From Patescibacteria group bacterium (GTDB lineage: Bacteria > Patescibacteriota > Patescibacteriia > JAXHNJ01), in NCBI GenBank assembly GCA_034520665.1, contig JAXHNJ010000002.1, positions 352,660 to 416,659 on the forward strand: 64,000 bases of DNA, read 5' to 3'. Below, piece by piece: positions 49,095 to 59,210 of the stretch (position 1 is its first letter; the number at the start of each line of letters is the position of its first letter). The notes beneath the pieces were generated by a model. The model saw only the letters and a program-made list of their open reading frames with translations. It did not search any database and was not told the DNA's origin. The position numbers were made by a program, and so were the translations under genes.

Positions 49095-49133
49095 ATTTAA
49101 TCGCCGCACAAATCTCTCTGTGCGGCTTTTTTT
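49091..49133 (+). terminator. Intrinsic terminator, copy 2
   Basis: One mismatch relative to 47366-47407. Confidence 0.8.
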
Positions 49134-49162
49134 ATAATTTATAAAATGATAAAATATAGAAT

Positions 49163-50404
49163 ATGAAAGAATTTATTACTGACCTTCATTTTCACTCTAA
49201 ATATTCCCGGGCTGTCTCGCCTAAGATGGACCTGGAGCATTTTTATCAGTGGGGTCTAAAAAAGGGCCTTAATCTATTAGGTACCAGTGATTTTACTCAT
49301 CCACAATGGTTTTCTGAACTTAAGAAAAAATTAGTGAGGCAAAAAAACGGTTTTTATAGATTAAAAAATACTGACCAAGAAATATATTTTGTACCAAGCG
49401 CCGAAATCAGCTGTATTTATAAGAAGAACGGGCAGGGTCGGCGCATTCATATTCTTATCATCGCTCCGGATTTAGAAACAGTTAAAAAAATTAATGTTCA
49501 GTTGGGCTGGATTGGTAATTTAAAATCAGACGGCCGGCCAATCCTGGGCTGTGAAGCCAAAGAAATGGCTAAAATTGCCCTAAAAGCTTCAAAAAAATGC
49601 CTAGTCATCCCAGCCCATATTTGGACCCCCTGGTTCTCTTTATTCGGTTCTAGGTCCGGTTTTGACCGCTTAGAAGAATGCTTTGAAGAATATTCAAATA
49701 AAATCTATGCTATTGAAACCGGGCTTTCCTCGGACCCGCCCATGAATTGGCGGCTTAAACAACTGGATAAAAAGGCCATTGTTTCTTTTTCAGATGCTCA
49801 CTCACCCAATAACTTGGGCCGGGAAGCTACTGTTTTTGCATTAAAAAATCCTTCTTACGAAAAATTATTTAAAGCCATTAAAAATAACCAAATTGCTTAC
49901 ACTATTGAATTTTTTCCTCAAGAAGGAAAATATCACTGGGACGGACACAGAAAATGTCAGGTTAGGCTTTCACCCCAAGAAACTAAAAAAAATAAAGGCC
50001 TCTGTCCAAAATGTGGCCGTAAAGTTACTGTCGGGGTTATGAACCGAGTAGATGAACTAGCTGATCGAAAGGAAAATTATCAGGCCTTAAGCCGTCCCCC
50101 TTTTAAATCTTTAGTGCCTTTAAAACAGATTATTAGTCAAGTTTTAGGTATTGGTCCAAAAACCAAGGGTGTGGCTGACGAATATGAAAATTTAATTAAG
50201 CAAGGAAAAAATGAATTTAATGTTTTATTGAATCTTAAAATTGAAAAAATAGAAAAAATCTCCACAAGTAAAATTGCTCAAGGCATAAAAAGAATAAGAG
50301 AAAAAAAATTAAATATTAAACCCGGCTTTGATGGCCAGTACGGCAAGGTTAAAGTTTTTGCCGATAAAAAAGAAGCCTCAATCGGCCAGGAAAGCTTATT
50401 TTAA
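49163..50404 (+). CDS. Endonuclease Q family / PHP-domain protein
   Basis: DLHFHSKYSRA, DFTHP, DGRP, PAHIWTP, ETGLSSD, SDAHS, Zn-ribbon CPKC, PGFDG.YG. Confidence 0.88.
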   Translation: MKEFITDLHFHSKYSRAVSPKMDLEHFYQWGLKKGLNLLGTSDFTHPQWFSELKKKLVRQKNGFYRLKNTDQEIYFVPSAEISCIYKKNGQGRRIHILIIAPDLETVKKINVQLGWIGNLKSDGRPILGCEAKEMAKIALKASKKCLVIPAHIWTPWFSLFGSRSGFDRLEECFEEYSNKIYAIETGLSSDPPMNWRLKQLDKKAIVSFSDAHSPNNLGREATVFALKNPSYEKLFKAIKNNQIAYTIEFFPQEGKYHWDGHRKCQVRLSPQETKKNKGLCPKCGRKVTVGVMNRVDELADRKENYQALSRPPFKSLVPLKQIISQVLGIGPKTKGVADEYENLIKQGKNEFNVLLNLKIEKIEKISTSKIAQGIKRIREKKLNIKPGFDGQYGKVKVFADKKEASIGQESLF

Positions 50405-50405
50405 A

Positions 50406-50963
50406 ATGATAATAGTTTTTGAATACATTTTTTTATTTTCTGCTTTATTACTAATAGCCGCCGTTCTGATTTTTGTTTCCAATCTTTTTTACAATACTAT
50501 CAGAGTTAAAGTACCTTATATTAAAACATCCCGCTGGGCTATAAAAACAACTCTAAAAGAAATTAATCCTAAAAAAGAAGACAAGGTGGTTGAGTTGGGT
50601 TGTGGTAACGCCCGGGTGATCAGAGCCATTAAGAAAAAATATCCTGAAATTAAAGCCAGGGGTTATGAAGTAGCCTGGTGGCCCTATCTTAAAGCTAAAC
50701 AAAAAATAAAAAAGGATAATTTAAATATTGACTTAATAAGAAAAAATTTTTATAATGTAGACCTTTCAGACTCTGACATAATATTTTGTTTTTTGATTAG
50801 TTCGGTAATGCCACGCTTGGAAAAAAAGCTAAAAAAAGAATTGAAGCCAGGAGCCATTGTTATTTCTTATATTTTCACTTTCCCTCACTGGCCAGCTAAA
50901 AAAGTGATTAAAAATCCCAAAAGATCCGGAGCCAGTAGAATAAATATTTATCAGAAAACATAA
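50406..50963 (+). CDS. Membrane-anchored SAM-dependent methyltransferase
   Basis: TM, VPY, ELGCGNAR, ELKPG..VISY.F; true start ATG 50406. Confidence 0.82.
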   Translation: MIIVFEYIFLFSALLLIAAVLIFVSNLFYNTIRVKVPYIKTSRWAIKTTLKEINPKKEDKVVELGCGNARVIRAIKKKYPEIKARGYEVAWWPYLKAKQKIKKDNLNIDLIRKNFYNVDLSDSDIIFCFLISSVMPRLEKKLKKELKPGAIVISYIFTFPHWPAKKVIKNPKRSGASRINIYQKT

Positions 50964-51097
50964 GGTGAGTTGTGCCGAATTGGCCCCACTTCACAGTGGT
51001 TTCGCAGGATAAATAAGGCACCGCTCTCCCTACATCACTTGCAAGGCCAGGTGACATCGTGTAGTCGAATAACAAGGCGAAAAATTATCATAAATTT

Positions 51098-51357
51098 ATG
51101 AGTTATATTGTCTATATTCTACTTTTATCCAATAAACAATTATAGACCGGTTTTACTAAAAATTTGAATCAAAGAATTAAACAACATAAAAATGGTGCGG
51201 TTAAATCAACGGCAAAAGACAACCAATAAAATTAATTCATTACGAAGTGTATGCCAAAGAATCAGGGGCCAGACAAAGAGAAAAATATTTAAAGACAACA
51301 GAAGGTAAAAGACTTTTAAAAATGCGGATTAGAAATTTATCAAAGGAATTACAATAG
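51098..51357 (+). pseudogene. GIY-YIG nuclease pseudogene
   Basis: MSYIVYIL..SNKQL*TGFT.NL..RI.QH..G...ST, then after a frameshift PIKLIHYE.....A..REKYLKT..G. Confidence 0.8.
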
Positions 51358-51370
51358 TAATCCGCAGTGC

Positions 51371-51457
51371 GGAGGGGTGCCGGAGTGGTTGAACGGGCCG
51401 CTCTCGAAAAGCGGTAAGCCCTTACGGGTTTCGTGAGTTCGAATCTCACCCCCTCCG
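51371..51457 (+). tRNA. tRNA-Ser(CGA)
   Basis: GGAGGGG/CCCCTCC acceptor stem, CCGCT-CTCGAAA-AGCGG anticodon arm, long variable arm, GTTCGAATC, G discriminator; CCA not encoded. Confidence 0.93.
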
Positions 51458-51500
51458 CACTGCGGAAGATATTTTTTGCCTCTGCCAATAAATAAAAAAT

Positions 51501-52001
51501 ATGCCTGAATATAATCTAGAAGTTAATAAAAATGACCAAATTATTGGCAAAAGACCAAGAAAAGATTTTTATACTGGTCAATATATTCACCGAGCTTCAC
51601 ATTTGATTCTTTTTAATTCTAAAAATCAAATTCTTCTGCAAAAAAGAGTCAAAACAAAAAAATGGTTTCCCAATCTTTATACTTTCTCGGTAGCCGCCAC
51701 TGTTTCTGAGGAAAGCTATAAGGATTGTTTAAAAAGAGAAATTCCTGAAGAAATCGGGATTTCTATACCCATAAAATTTTTATTCAAATATCCTTTTTTT
51801 GATAAAACAGACAAGGCTTTTCACGCCGTTTTTATTAGCAAAAGTGATAAAAAAATTAAACCAGATAAAAGAGAAATTAGTGAAATTATTTGGCTTACGC
51901 CACAAAAGCTTAAACAAGACTTAAAAGCAAATCCTAAAAAGTACACGCCCCCTTTTAGAAAAGGTATGGAAATATTTTTTACTCAGTATTATAAAAAATA
52001 A
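51501..52001 (+). CDS. NUDIX hydrolase (IPP isomerase type 1-like)
   Basis: HRASH..LFN....LLQKR...K..FP; Nudix-box-like ESY..CLKREI.EEIGI. Confidence 0.8.
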   Translation: MPEYNLEVNKNDQIIGKRPRKDFYTGQYIHRASHLILFNSKNQILLQKRVKTKKWFPNLYTFSVAATVSEESYKDCLKREIPEEIGISIPIKFLFKYPFFDKTDKAFHAVFISKSDKKIKPDKREISEIIWLTPQKLKQDLKANPKKYTPPFRKGMEIFFTQYYKK

Positions 52002-52019
52002 TTCTCCTACTCCAGAAGA

Positions 52020-52550
52020 AAAAAGTTAAATATTTCAGTGCTGAAAAGCCGGAAAGAATAATAAACTACACAAAGAGTAAAATAATTAAATTAGAAAAAG
52101 CCTTACCTCAACTAAGAGTTCTTTATGGAAAAGCTCGAAACAGACCGACGGTTAGATTCTATCAAGGCAAACAAGAAATGAAATTAATCCTCCATGAATT
52201 ATTAAAAGAAGCCAAAAAACTTATTGCTTTTAGTTCGGCAAATGACCTTTTTTCCACCTTACCTAATTTTCCAAAATTCGTGAAAAATGAATAAAGAAAA
52301 AAATTCCAGTTAGTGTTATTTTACGGGAGTCACCCAAAGCCAGAGAAAGACAAAAATTAGGCCCCAAACAACTACGCCAAGTAAAAATAATTCATGAATT
52401 TTGATTATCATGGTAGTATTTTTACATGGAGGAGAAAAATAGCTATATTTTCATTTAAAAAAGATATGGTTGCCATTGTTATTAAAAGTAAAGAACTGGC
52501 CAAAATGCAACAAACACTATTTGAGACATTTTGGAATTCTATAAATAAAC
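52020..52550 (+). pseudogene. Frameshifted remnant of a TrmB-like transcriptional regulator (C-terminal part)
   Basis: Fragments KYFSAEKPE, RPTVRFYQGK, KIAIFSFKKDMVAIVIKSKELAKMQQTLFETFW in different frames. Confidence 0.6.
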
Positions 52551-52580
52551 AAATTTATTATATTCTGTTATAATTATAAT

Positions 52581-52700
52581 ATGCTCACCTTCGAACAAAT
52601 TGAAAAAGAAATTAATAAAATCAAAGAAAGAAACGCCAAATTAGAAAAAGACAAGGCCTGGGAAACTAGCTGGACTAGAAGAATAATTATTTTTTTATAC
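52581..52700 (+). pseudogene. Truncated fragment of a small conserved hypothetical gene
   Basis: IKERNAKLEKDKAWETSWTRR reads in a frame shifted from the ATG at 52581. Confidence 0.4.
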
Positions 52701-52757
52701 TATAAGTATTAAAAATTAGAATAATATTTAAAGTTTTATAATTTTGCTTGTAAATTA

Positions 52758-53915
52758 ATGAAAAAAATACATACATCCAAAATTTATATTAGTAAAAAAA
52801 AGTTTATAAATAATTATAAATTTATAAAAAGGGTAGTTGGTAAAAATGTTCGTATTTCTTCAGTGGTTAAAGGCGATGCTTACGGACATGGCATGAAACA
52901 AATAGTACCTTTAGCTGAAGAACAAGGCATTAATCATTTTGCTGTTTTTGCTGCTTTTGAAGCTAAAAAATTATTAAAAATATGTCGCCAAAGTAGTCAG
53001 ATAATGATTATGGGTATGATTAGTAATAAACAGTTGCCCTGGGCTATTAAAAATGGTATTGAATTTTTTATTTTTGAATTCAATCGTTTGCAAGCTGCTT
53101 GTAAAATGGCAAAAAAAATGAAAAAACCAGCTAAGATTCATATTGAAGTTGAAACTGGCTTAAATCGTACTGGCTTTGATTTTAAAGATTTAGATAAATT
53201 ATTAAAATTTTTAAAGAAAAATAAAAAACACTTTAATATCATAGGACTTTGTACGCATTATGCTGGTGCTGAAAGCATTATTAATTATTATCGTATAAAG
53301 AAACAAATAGCTAAATATAATGTTATTTATAAAAAATTTATTAAAGCCGATATAGATATAAAGTATAGACATACCGCTTGTTCAGCTGCGGCTATTAATT
53401 ATAAACAAACTAGAATGGATATGGTTAGAGTGGGTATTATTCAATTTGGTTTATGGCCTAGTGATGAAACTTTAATAAATTATTTAAGTAAGCGAAAAAG
53501 AAAAATAAATCCCTTGCAACCTATATTAAGTTGGAAAACTAAAATATTAAATACTAAAGTGGTTAAGGCGGGTGATTTTATTGGTTATGGCGATACTTTT
53601 ATGGCTAATAAAAATATGAAAATAGCCACTATGCCAGTAGGTTATGCTTGTGGTTATAGTTGTTCTTTAAGTAATCGTGGTAATATATTAATCAATGGAA
53701 AACGAGCTAATATTATTGGTAAAGTAAATATGAATTTATCAATTGTTAATATTACTCATATTCCTGAGGTTAAAAAAGGCGATGAAGTGGTGTTAATTGG
53801 CCAACAGGACAATGATGAAATCCATTTAACTTCTTTTAGAGATATTTATAATAGTTTAAATTACGAATTATTAACTCGACTTCCTTTTGCTATTCCTAGA
53901 ATAATTATAGATTAA
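52758..53915 (+). CDS. alr: Alanine racemase
   Basis: VVKGDAYGHG PLP lysine, HIEVETGLNRTG, THYA, RVG, GYG, PVGYA.G. Confidence 0.93.
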   Translation: MKKIHTSKIYISKKKFINNYKFIKRVVGKNVRISSVVKGDAYGHGMKQIVPLAEEQGINHFAVFAAFEAKKLLKICRQSSQIMIMGMISNKQLPWAIKNGIEFFIFEFNRLQAACKMAKKMKKPAKIHIEVETGLNRTGFDFKDLDKLLKFLKKNKKHFNIIGLCTHYAGAESIINYYRIKKQIAKYNVIYKKFIKADIDIKYRHTACSAAAINYKQTRMDMVRVGIIQFGLWPSDETLINYLSKRKRKINPLQPILSWKTKILNTKVVKAGDFIGYGDTFMANKNMKIATMPVGYACGYSCSLSNRGNILINGKRANIIGKVNMNLSIVNITHIPEVKKGDEVVLIGQQDNDEIHLTSFRDIYNSLNYELLTRLPFAIPRIIID

Positions 53916-53996
53916 CCATATTATATGAAAAAACTATTAAAAGAACATTTACATGGATTAGAAATACCTGCTTAATTAATAATCCAATTTACTTAA

Positions 53997-54884
53997 ATGA
54001 GATATTCCCTTATAGATCTATTTCGAACAATCGCTATTGTCTTAGTTTTTTTCTTTCATATCTCTATAGAAATAAATCCAATCTGGGGTCGAGTATTTAT
54101 TAATTTTGGTAATATCTATCGCTTTAATACAGGTGATCTAGGCATAGCTATATTTATTATTATCTCGGGTCTTTGCCTGACTTTAAGATATAAAAATAAA
54201 AAAATAGAATATGTAAAATTTATTACCCAGCGTTTTTTAAAAATATACCCTCCTTTCTTTATAGCCTTAATTATGGGCGTTATTTTTTATTATATTCTAC
54301 CAGACACCCTACTTCAAGAAGGCTATTATTATTTTCCTCAAATAAATACAGCTGATATTTTTTGTAGTTTAACTGGTTTTTGTAATTTCTTAGGTAGAAT
54401 CGGTGGTCCATTTTTGGGACCAAGCTGGTTTATTGGTCTAATTATTGTTTTATATCTCCTCTTCCCTTTACTTTTAAAAAAATTTAAAACTAATCCTTAC
54501 GCTTCACTTTTTATTTTATTTTTAATTTCTTTAATTTTTCGTTATTTATATAATAACTTTCCCCCATTAATCTACAAACTTCAACCCTTTTTTCCTTTAG
54601 ATTATTTATTTGAATTTGGTTTGGGTATTTATCTTGGTCTGGTAGTAAAAAATAATTTTTGGACCTATTTAAATAAATACAAAAAGCTATCCAGAATATT
54701 AATTAGATTAGGACTTTTGTCTTTTCCTTTATTTTTAGTTCACCATCCACTTTTATTTATTGTAAATTCTTTGGAAAAATTGAATGTCAGCTTATTTGTC
54801 TCTATTCCCTTATATTTATTAGTCTCAGGTGTTTTTAGTTTCTTGCTCTTTAAAATGATTAAAAAAATTCCAAGGAAAATTTAA
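53997..54884 (+). CDS. Acyltransferase family 3 (OafA-like)
   Basis: D..R.IAI..V...H, F.IISG, RF.KIYP, W.......YL.FP, S..L.L.H. Confidence 0.87.
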   Translation: MRYSLIDLFRTIAIVLVFFFHISIEINPIWGRVFINFGNIYRFNTGDLGIAIFIIISGLCLTLRYKNKKIEYVKFITQRFLKIYPPFFIALIMGVIFYYILPDTLLQEGYYYFPQINTADIFCSLTGFCNFLGRIGGPFLGPSWFIGLIIVLYLLFPLLLKKFKTNPYASLFILFLISLIFRYLYNNFPPLIYKLQPFFPLDYLFEFGLGIYLGLVVKNNFWTYLNKYKKLSRILIRLGLLSFPLFLVHHPLLFIVNSLEKLNVSLFVSIPLYLLVSGVFSFLLFKMIKKIPRKI

Positions 54885-54943
54885 GTTTTACAAATCAGCC
54901 TAAATTTATTATAATATTAGAGAAGCTTAACCAAAAAAAACAA

Positions 54944-55819
54944 ATGCCAAAGATAACAAAAGCAGTCATACCAGCCGCTGGTTTAGGCAGTCGCTTTCTA
55001 CCAGTAACTAAAGCCATACCCAAAGAAATGCTGCCTATTGTTGATAAACCTACTATTCAATACGTAGTTGAAGAATTAGCCTCTTCTGGTATTAAAGATA
55101 TAATAATCGTCACTGACTCTTCTAAAACAGCTATTGAAGATCATTTTGATCATTTAGATTATTTAGAAGAAAAGTTAGCTAAACAGGGCAAAAAAGATAA
55201 GGCTAAACAAATCAAAAAAATTGCTGATTTAGGCAATTTTATTTTTATCCGTCAAAAAGGGCCTTATGGCAACGGTACGCCGGCTTTGTGTGCTGAACCA
55301 CTGGTCAAAAATGAGCCTTTTATTTATATCTGGGGTGATGAATTTATTCACGCTAACCCACCCCGAGTCAAACAAATGCTTGAAGTTTATAAAAAATATA
55401 AATGCTCGGTTATTTCTGCCATTAAGGTGGCTAAAAAAGAGGTTTCCCGCTACGGCGTTGCCAAAGTCAAACATATAGAAAAAAATATTCATCAAATAAA
55501 TGAAATCGTGGAAAAACCGCCTCTTGATAAAGCTCCCTCAAGATTAGCTACTCACGGAGCCTATTTATTGACTCCAACTATATTTAAATTTTTAAAAAAA
55601 CAAAAAATAGGTCAAGGAGGAGAACTTTGGCTAGTAGACGCTATTAATAAGCTAGCTCAACAAGAAAAAGTTCTGGCTTGTCTTATCAAAAAAGGCCGGT
55701 ACTACGACATTGGCAATAAACTCGGTTATATTAAAGCTAATATTGAATTTGGTTTGAAACATCCGGAAATTAAAAAAGATTTAAAAAAATACTTAAAAAA
55801 TATAAAAAGCAATGATTAG
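54944..55819 (+). CDS. galU: UTP-glucose-1-phosphate uridylyltransferase
   Basis: KAVIPAAGLGSRFLP.TKA.PKEMLPIVDKP, IVEKP, GGE..L.DA. Confidence 0.92.
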   Translation: MPKITKAVIPAAGLGSRFLPVTKAIPKEMLPIVDKPTIQYVVEELASSGIKDIIIVTDSSKTAIEDHFDHLDYLEEKLAKQGKKDKAKQIKKIADLGNFIFIRQKGPYGNGTPALCAEPLVKNEPFIYIWGDEFIHANPPRVKQMLEVYKKYKCSVISAIKVAKKEVSRYGVAKVKHIEKNIHQINEIVEKPPLDKAPSRLATHGAYLLTPTIFKFLKKQKIGQGGELWLVDAINKLAQQEKVLACLIKKGRYYDIGNKLGYIKANIEFGLKHPEIKKDLKKYLKNIKSND

Positions 55820-57215
55820 TAGAAAATATATAATTCTTGGTATAATCGTTTTAGCTATCCTTGTTCCTATCTTTATTGGCATTTTCTTGAAAGAAGAAGT
55901 AAAAATTCCCAAAAGTGTTACTTTAAAATATTGGATTGTTGAAGGCTCAGAAAAAGACTATCAAGATATTGTTAGCGCTTTTAAAAATTATCATCCCTAT
56001 GTCAAAGTAAGTTTTAGAAAAGTAAAACTGGAAGAATACGAAGACACTTTGATTCAAGCTTGGGCTCGTGATCAAGGTCCGGATATATTTGAGTTGCCTT
56101 CAACTTGGTTAAAAAAATATCAGGAATTCATCACTCCCGCACCGGCTGAAATAACTACCGCTTACTATGAAAATAAAAAAGAATTTTTTCGTAATACTGT
56201 AGAAATAAAATACCGCACAAAAAGCTCTCCCACTTTAGATAATATAAAAAATAATTATGTTGATATAATTTATGATGATGTAGTTTTAAGCAACAATCGG
56301 GGAAAAAGACAAATATACGCCCTGCCTTATAGTATTGATACGTTGGCTGTCTATTATAATAAAGATTTATTAAATAATGCTTATATAGCTCAACCGGCTA
56401 AAACTTGGAATGAACTAGTTCAGCAATCTTCAAAGCTAAGTCTCTACGACAATCAAAATAATATTCTCCAGTCCAGTATAGCTTTAGGTCTTTCTTCAAA
56501 TATTGAGTATCATTATGGAATTCTTTCACTACTAATGATACAAAACGGAGTCAGTATGATTTCTCCCAGCGGAGAAGAAGTTAGTTTTAATAGAAGCCGT
56601 GAAACCACCAATTTAGGAGCTTTGGCTTTAGATTTTTACACCAGTTTTACCAATATAAATAAAGAAACTTATTCCTGGAATTCATCACAACCGGAAAGTT
56701 TAGATAACTTTACTAGTGGTAAATCAGCTTACTATATTGGTACCCTAGCTGATAAATCAGTAATTGATAAAACAGCTAATTTAAATTATGGTGTAACTGA
56801 AATGTTTCATATAAATCCATCTGGTACAGACCGAGTTTTAAATAAAGCCGGTAATCCCGTACAAGTTAATTTTGGCAAATACTGGGTCCATACTGTTGCT
56901 AAAAAAACCAAGTCTCTTCAGGAAGCCTGGGATTTAGTCCAGTTTATAGCTCGGGAAAAAAGAAATCGGCAATACCTAGAAAAAACTGGGAAAATTTCCC
57001 CCCTAAGAAGTATTCTTAATATACAAAAAGAAGATCCTGATTTAGGGCTTTGGGCCCGCCAAGCTTTAACCGCCAAAAATTGGTATACTGGTTATGATGC
57101 TTCAGCTACAAAAAATTATTTTGCTGAAATGATTGAGACTGTAGCTTTAAAAAATAAAAGCAGCAGCCAAGCATTAAATGAAGCTGCTGAAAAAATTGAA
57201 AGGACTTTAGAATGA
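55812..57215 (+). CDS. Extracellular solute-binding protein (sugar ABC SBP-like)
   Basis: N-terminal TM, GPDIF, YALP.S.DTLA.YYNKDL, P.TW.E; no permease nearby. Confidence 0.85.
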   Translation: MISRKYIILGIIVLAILVPIFIGIFLKEEVKIPKSVTLKYWIVEGSEKDYQDIVSAFKNYHPYVKVSFRKVKLEEYEDTLIQAWARDQGPDIFELPSTWLKKYQEFITPAPAEITTAYYENKKEFFRNTVEIKYRTKSSPTLDNIKNNYVDIIYDDVVLSNNRGKRQIYALPYSIDTLAVYYNKDLLNNAYIAQPAKTWNELVQQSSKLSLYDNQNNILQSSIALGLSSNIEYHYGILSLLMIQNGVSMISPSGEEVSFNRSRETTNLGALALDFYTSFTNINKETYSWNSSQPESLDNFTSGKSAYYIGTLADKSVIDKTANLNYGVTEMFHINPSGTDRVLNKAGNPVQVNFGKYWVHTVAKKTKSLQEAWDLVQFIAREKRNRQYLEKTGKISPLRSILNIQKEDPDLGLWARQALTAKNWYTGYDASATKNYFAEMIETVALKNKSSSQALNEAAEKIERTLE

Positions 57216-58768
57216 AAAATAATTACAAAATTTTATTTTTAATAATAGGTTTAACTTTTTTAATAACACCTCTCAAGTCAATAGCCTCTCCTTTACCGGA
57301 TATAATGCCTGATTGTGACATTACCGTTTATGAGGTTGAAGAACACGGCACTCATAATTTTGATGACGCTGAAGCCTTTAAATATAATAAAGCAGAAGAA
57401 GGAGGAGAAAAAGAAAGTGATTACGAAAGAGTCTGTAATGGCGACTGTATTGACGCTCGTAATTATGTTCAAATAGGTGACAAAGGGGAAAGCGCTCATG
57501 ATAAATACGGGGACGTCACCCATGTTATTGATTATAATCCCTGCGGTTTTGATGATTTTATCACCCTATTAATTAATGCCTTTCAATTCGGCTTAACCAT
57601 GCTGGCTGTGGTGGTTTTATTCTTCTTTATTTGGGGCGGTTTTGGCTTTATTATTGCCGGCGGTCGGACTGAAAAAATCCAGGAAGCAAAAAAGACTATT
57701 AAAGGCGCTTTTGTCGGTATGTTAATAGTATTATGTGCCTGGATTACAGTAAATTTTTATATTTTTGCTTTTACTGATGATCCTCAAAGCAAAATATTCG
57801 GTGAATTTTGGTGGGGTGGCAGTGAAGAATGCCACGAAGATTTTCCTTTAGAATGCGACAAAAATAATCTTCATCTTGGCTGTGGCGGACCCAAAGATTC
57901 AAGTACTGATACTTATATAAAAGACTTACAAAACGCACTTAATAATTTAGAGGGTTGTGAATGTGGCCCAGTAGATGGTTGTTACGGTGATAAAACAGCT
58001 GACTGTGTGATTGAATTTCAGTTAAGTAATCAGGATGAGATTGGTAATTTTGAAGTAGGAGTAGTGGGAGAAAATACCTGGAACGCTATAAAAACAGGCT
58101 CTGGCAGTTGTCAGGTTGATTATGACACCGAGAAAACTGAAGAGGCTGAATATTGTTGTGGACAAATATCTTTAAAACCCGGTCCTATATGTCTACCTAC
58201 TTGGGAAGAAAATGGCTGTGATAAATACGGCGAAAACTATATGTTATTGGAGAAGAAAAAATGTTCAGAACTCGTATTTTGTCAAGAGGGTTGTTGTATA
58301 CCTGATGATTTAAATAAAGATTGTTATAACTGTACAGGTAACGAATGCCTTCCTTATGGTGATACTTTCAATCATGAGGCAAAATGCAAGGAGGAAAGTA
58401 ATTCTGAAGATTGTCTTTGGCATATTTGTCGCGAAAATTCTACTTCAGTTAATAACTGTTATATCCAAAGAGGGGGTTGTCTCCCTGATGTATCTACTAA
58501 TGAAGTAGCTTGGAGTAAAGAAGCGGCTCAAGAAAAAATGTCAACTATGGATGTATGTAATATGGGAACCTGTACTATACCTTTTACTGATGCCAGTGGT
58601 AATACTTACTATGATTGCTATTGGGAATCCCGCTCAAGATGTGAAGAAATAGAAGGTGAATTTTATTATAAAATTCCTACACCTAGCTCAACAGACGATA
58701 CTGATAGTGACGGTTATGCCAATCTAAATGGTGGGTCGCTGCCAGATATTGAGTGCCGAGTAGATTAA
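57212..58768 (+). CDS. Large pilin-domain protein: VirB2/TrbC-like TM pair, peptidoglycan-binding-like domain and Cys-rich tail
   Basis: IWGGF..I.AGG..EK...AK..I..A..G; 'IKDLQ..L......G.VDG.YG..T...V..FQ......G.VG..TW'. Confidence 0.75.
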   Translation: MKNNYKILFLIIGLTFLITPLKSIASPLPDIMPDCDITVYEVEEHGTHNFDDAEAFKYNKAEEGGEKESDYERVCNGDCIDARNYVQIGDKGESAHDKYGDVTHVIDYNPCGFDDFITLLINAFQFGLTMLAVVVLFFFIWGGFGFIIAGGRTEKIQEAKKTIKGAFVGMLIVLCAWITVNFYIFAFTDDPQSKIFGEFWWGGSEECHEDFPLECDKNNLHLGCGGPKDSSTDTYIKDLQNALNNLEGCECGPVDGCYGDKTADCVIEFQLSNQDEIGNFEVGVVGENTWNAIKTGSGSCQVDYDTEKTEEAEYCCGQISLKPGPICLPTWEENGCDKYGENYMLLEKKKCSELVFCQEGCCIPDDLNKDCYNCTGNECLPYGDTFNHEAKCKEESNSEDCLWHICRENSTSVNNCYIQRGGCLPDVSTNEVAWSKEAAQEKMSTMDVCNMGTCTIPFTDASGNTYYDCYWESRSRCEEIEGEFYYKIPTPSSTDDTDSDGYANLNGGSLPDIECRVD

Positions 58769-58786
58769 TATTAATTATATAAATAT

Positions 58787-59134
58787 ATGAAAAAAAAGAT
58801 TATAACCTTATTACTCATTATCAATTTTTTCTTTCCCTTAAGTGCTTTAGCCAATGGCACTTCCAATGTATTACCCAACCCTATGGCCTGTACTAACTTG
58901 CTTTGTCTTTTTATTCAGGTAATCAGAATTCTTTTAGGGGCTGTTGGCCTTTTTGCTTTATTTGTTTTTATATGGGGCGGTTTTTTAATGTTGACTTCGG
59001 CCGGCAACGCTGAAAAAGTTAAACAAGCTAAAGATACTTTGCTATGGGCTTCTTTAGGTATTGTTGTTATCTTAGGCAGTTGGGTGATTATTAGATTTTT
59101 AATGGAAACTGTATTGAGTAGTTCTTTTACCTAA
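58787..59134 (+). CDS. VirB2/TrbC-like pilin
   Basis: Signal peptide; IWGGF.MLTSAGN.EKV..AK.TL.WA..G. Confidence 0.85.
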   Translation: MKKKIITLLLIINFFFPLSALANGTSNVLPNPMACTNLLCLFIQVIRILLGAVGLFALFVFIWGGFLMLTSAGNAEKVKQAKDTLLWASLGIVVILGSWVIIRFLMETVLSSSFT

Positions 59135-59142
59135 AATAAAAT

Positions 59143-59171
59143 TTGACAAAAATCTTATTTTAGGATATAAT
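59143..59171 (+). promoter_or_regulatory. Consensus sigma70 promoter for the pilin pair
   Basis: TTGACA-17 bp-TATAAT, exact consensus. Confidence 0.8.
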
Positions 59172-59210
59172 AGAACAAACATAAAAATTATTATTATTAA
59201 AATTAAGAAA

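Noticed and set aside
51240-51488. 82-aa minus-strand ORF
   Set aside because: Antisense to tRNA-Ser and the GIY-YIG relic.
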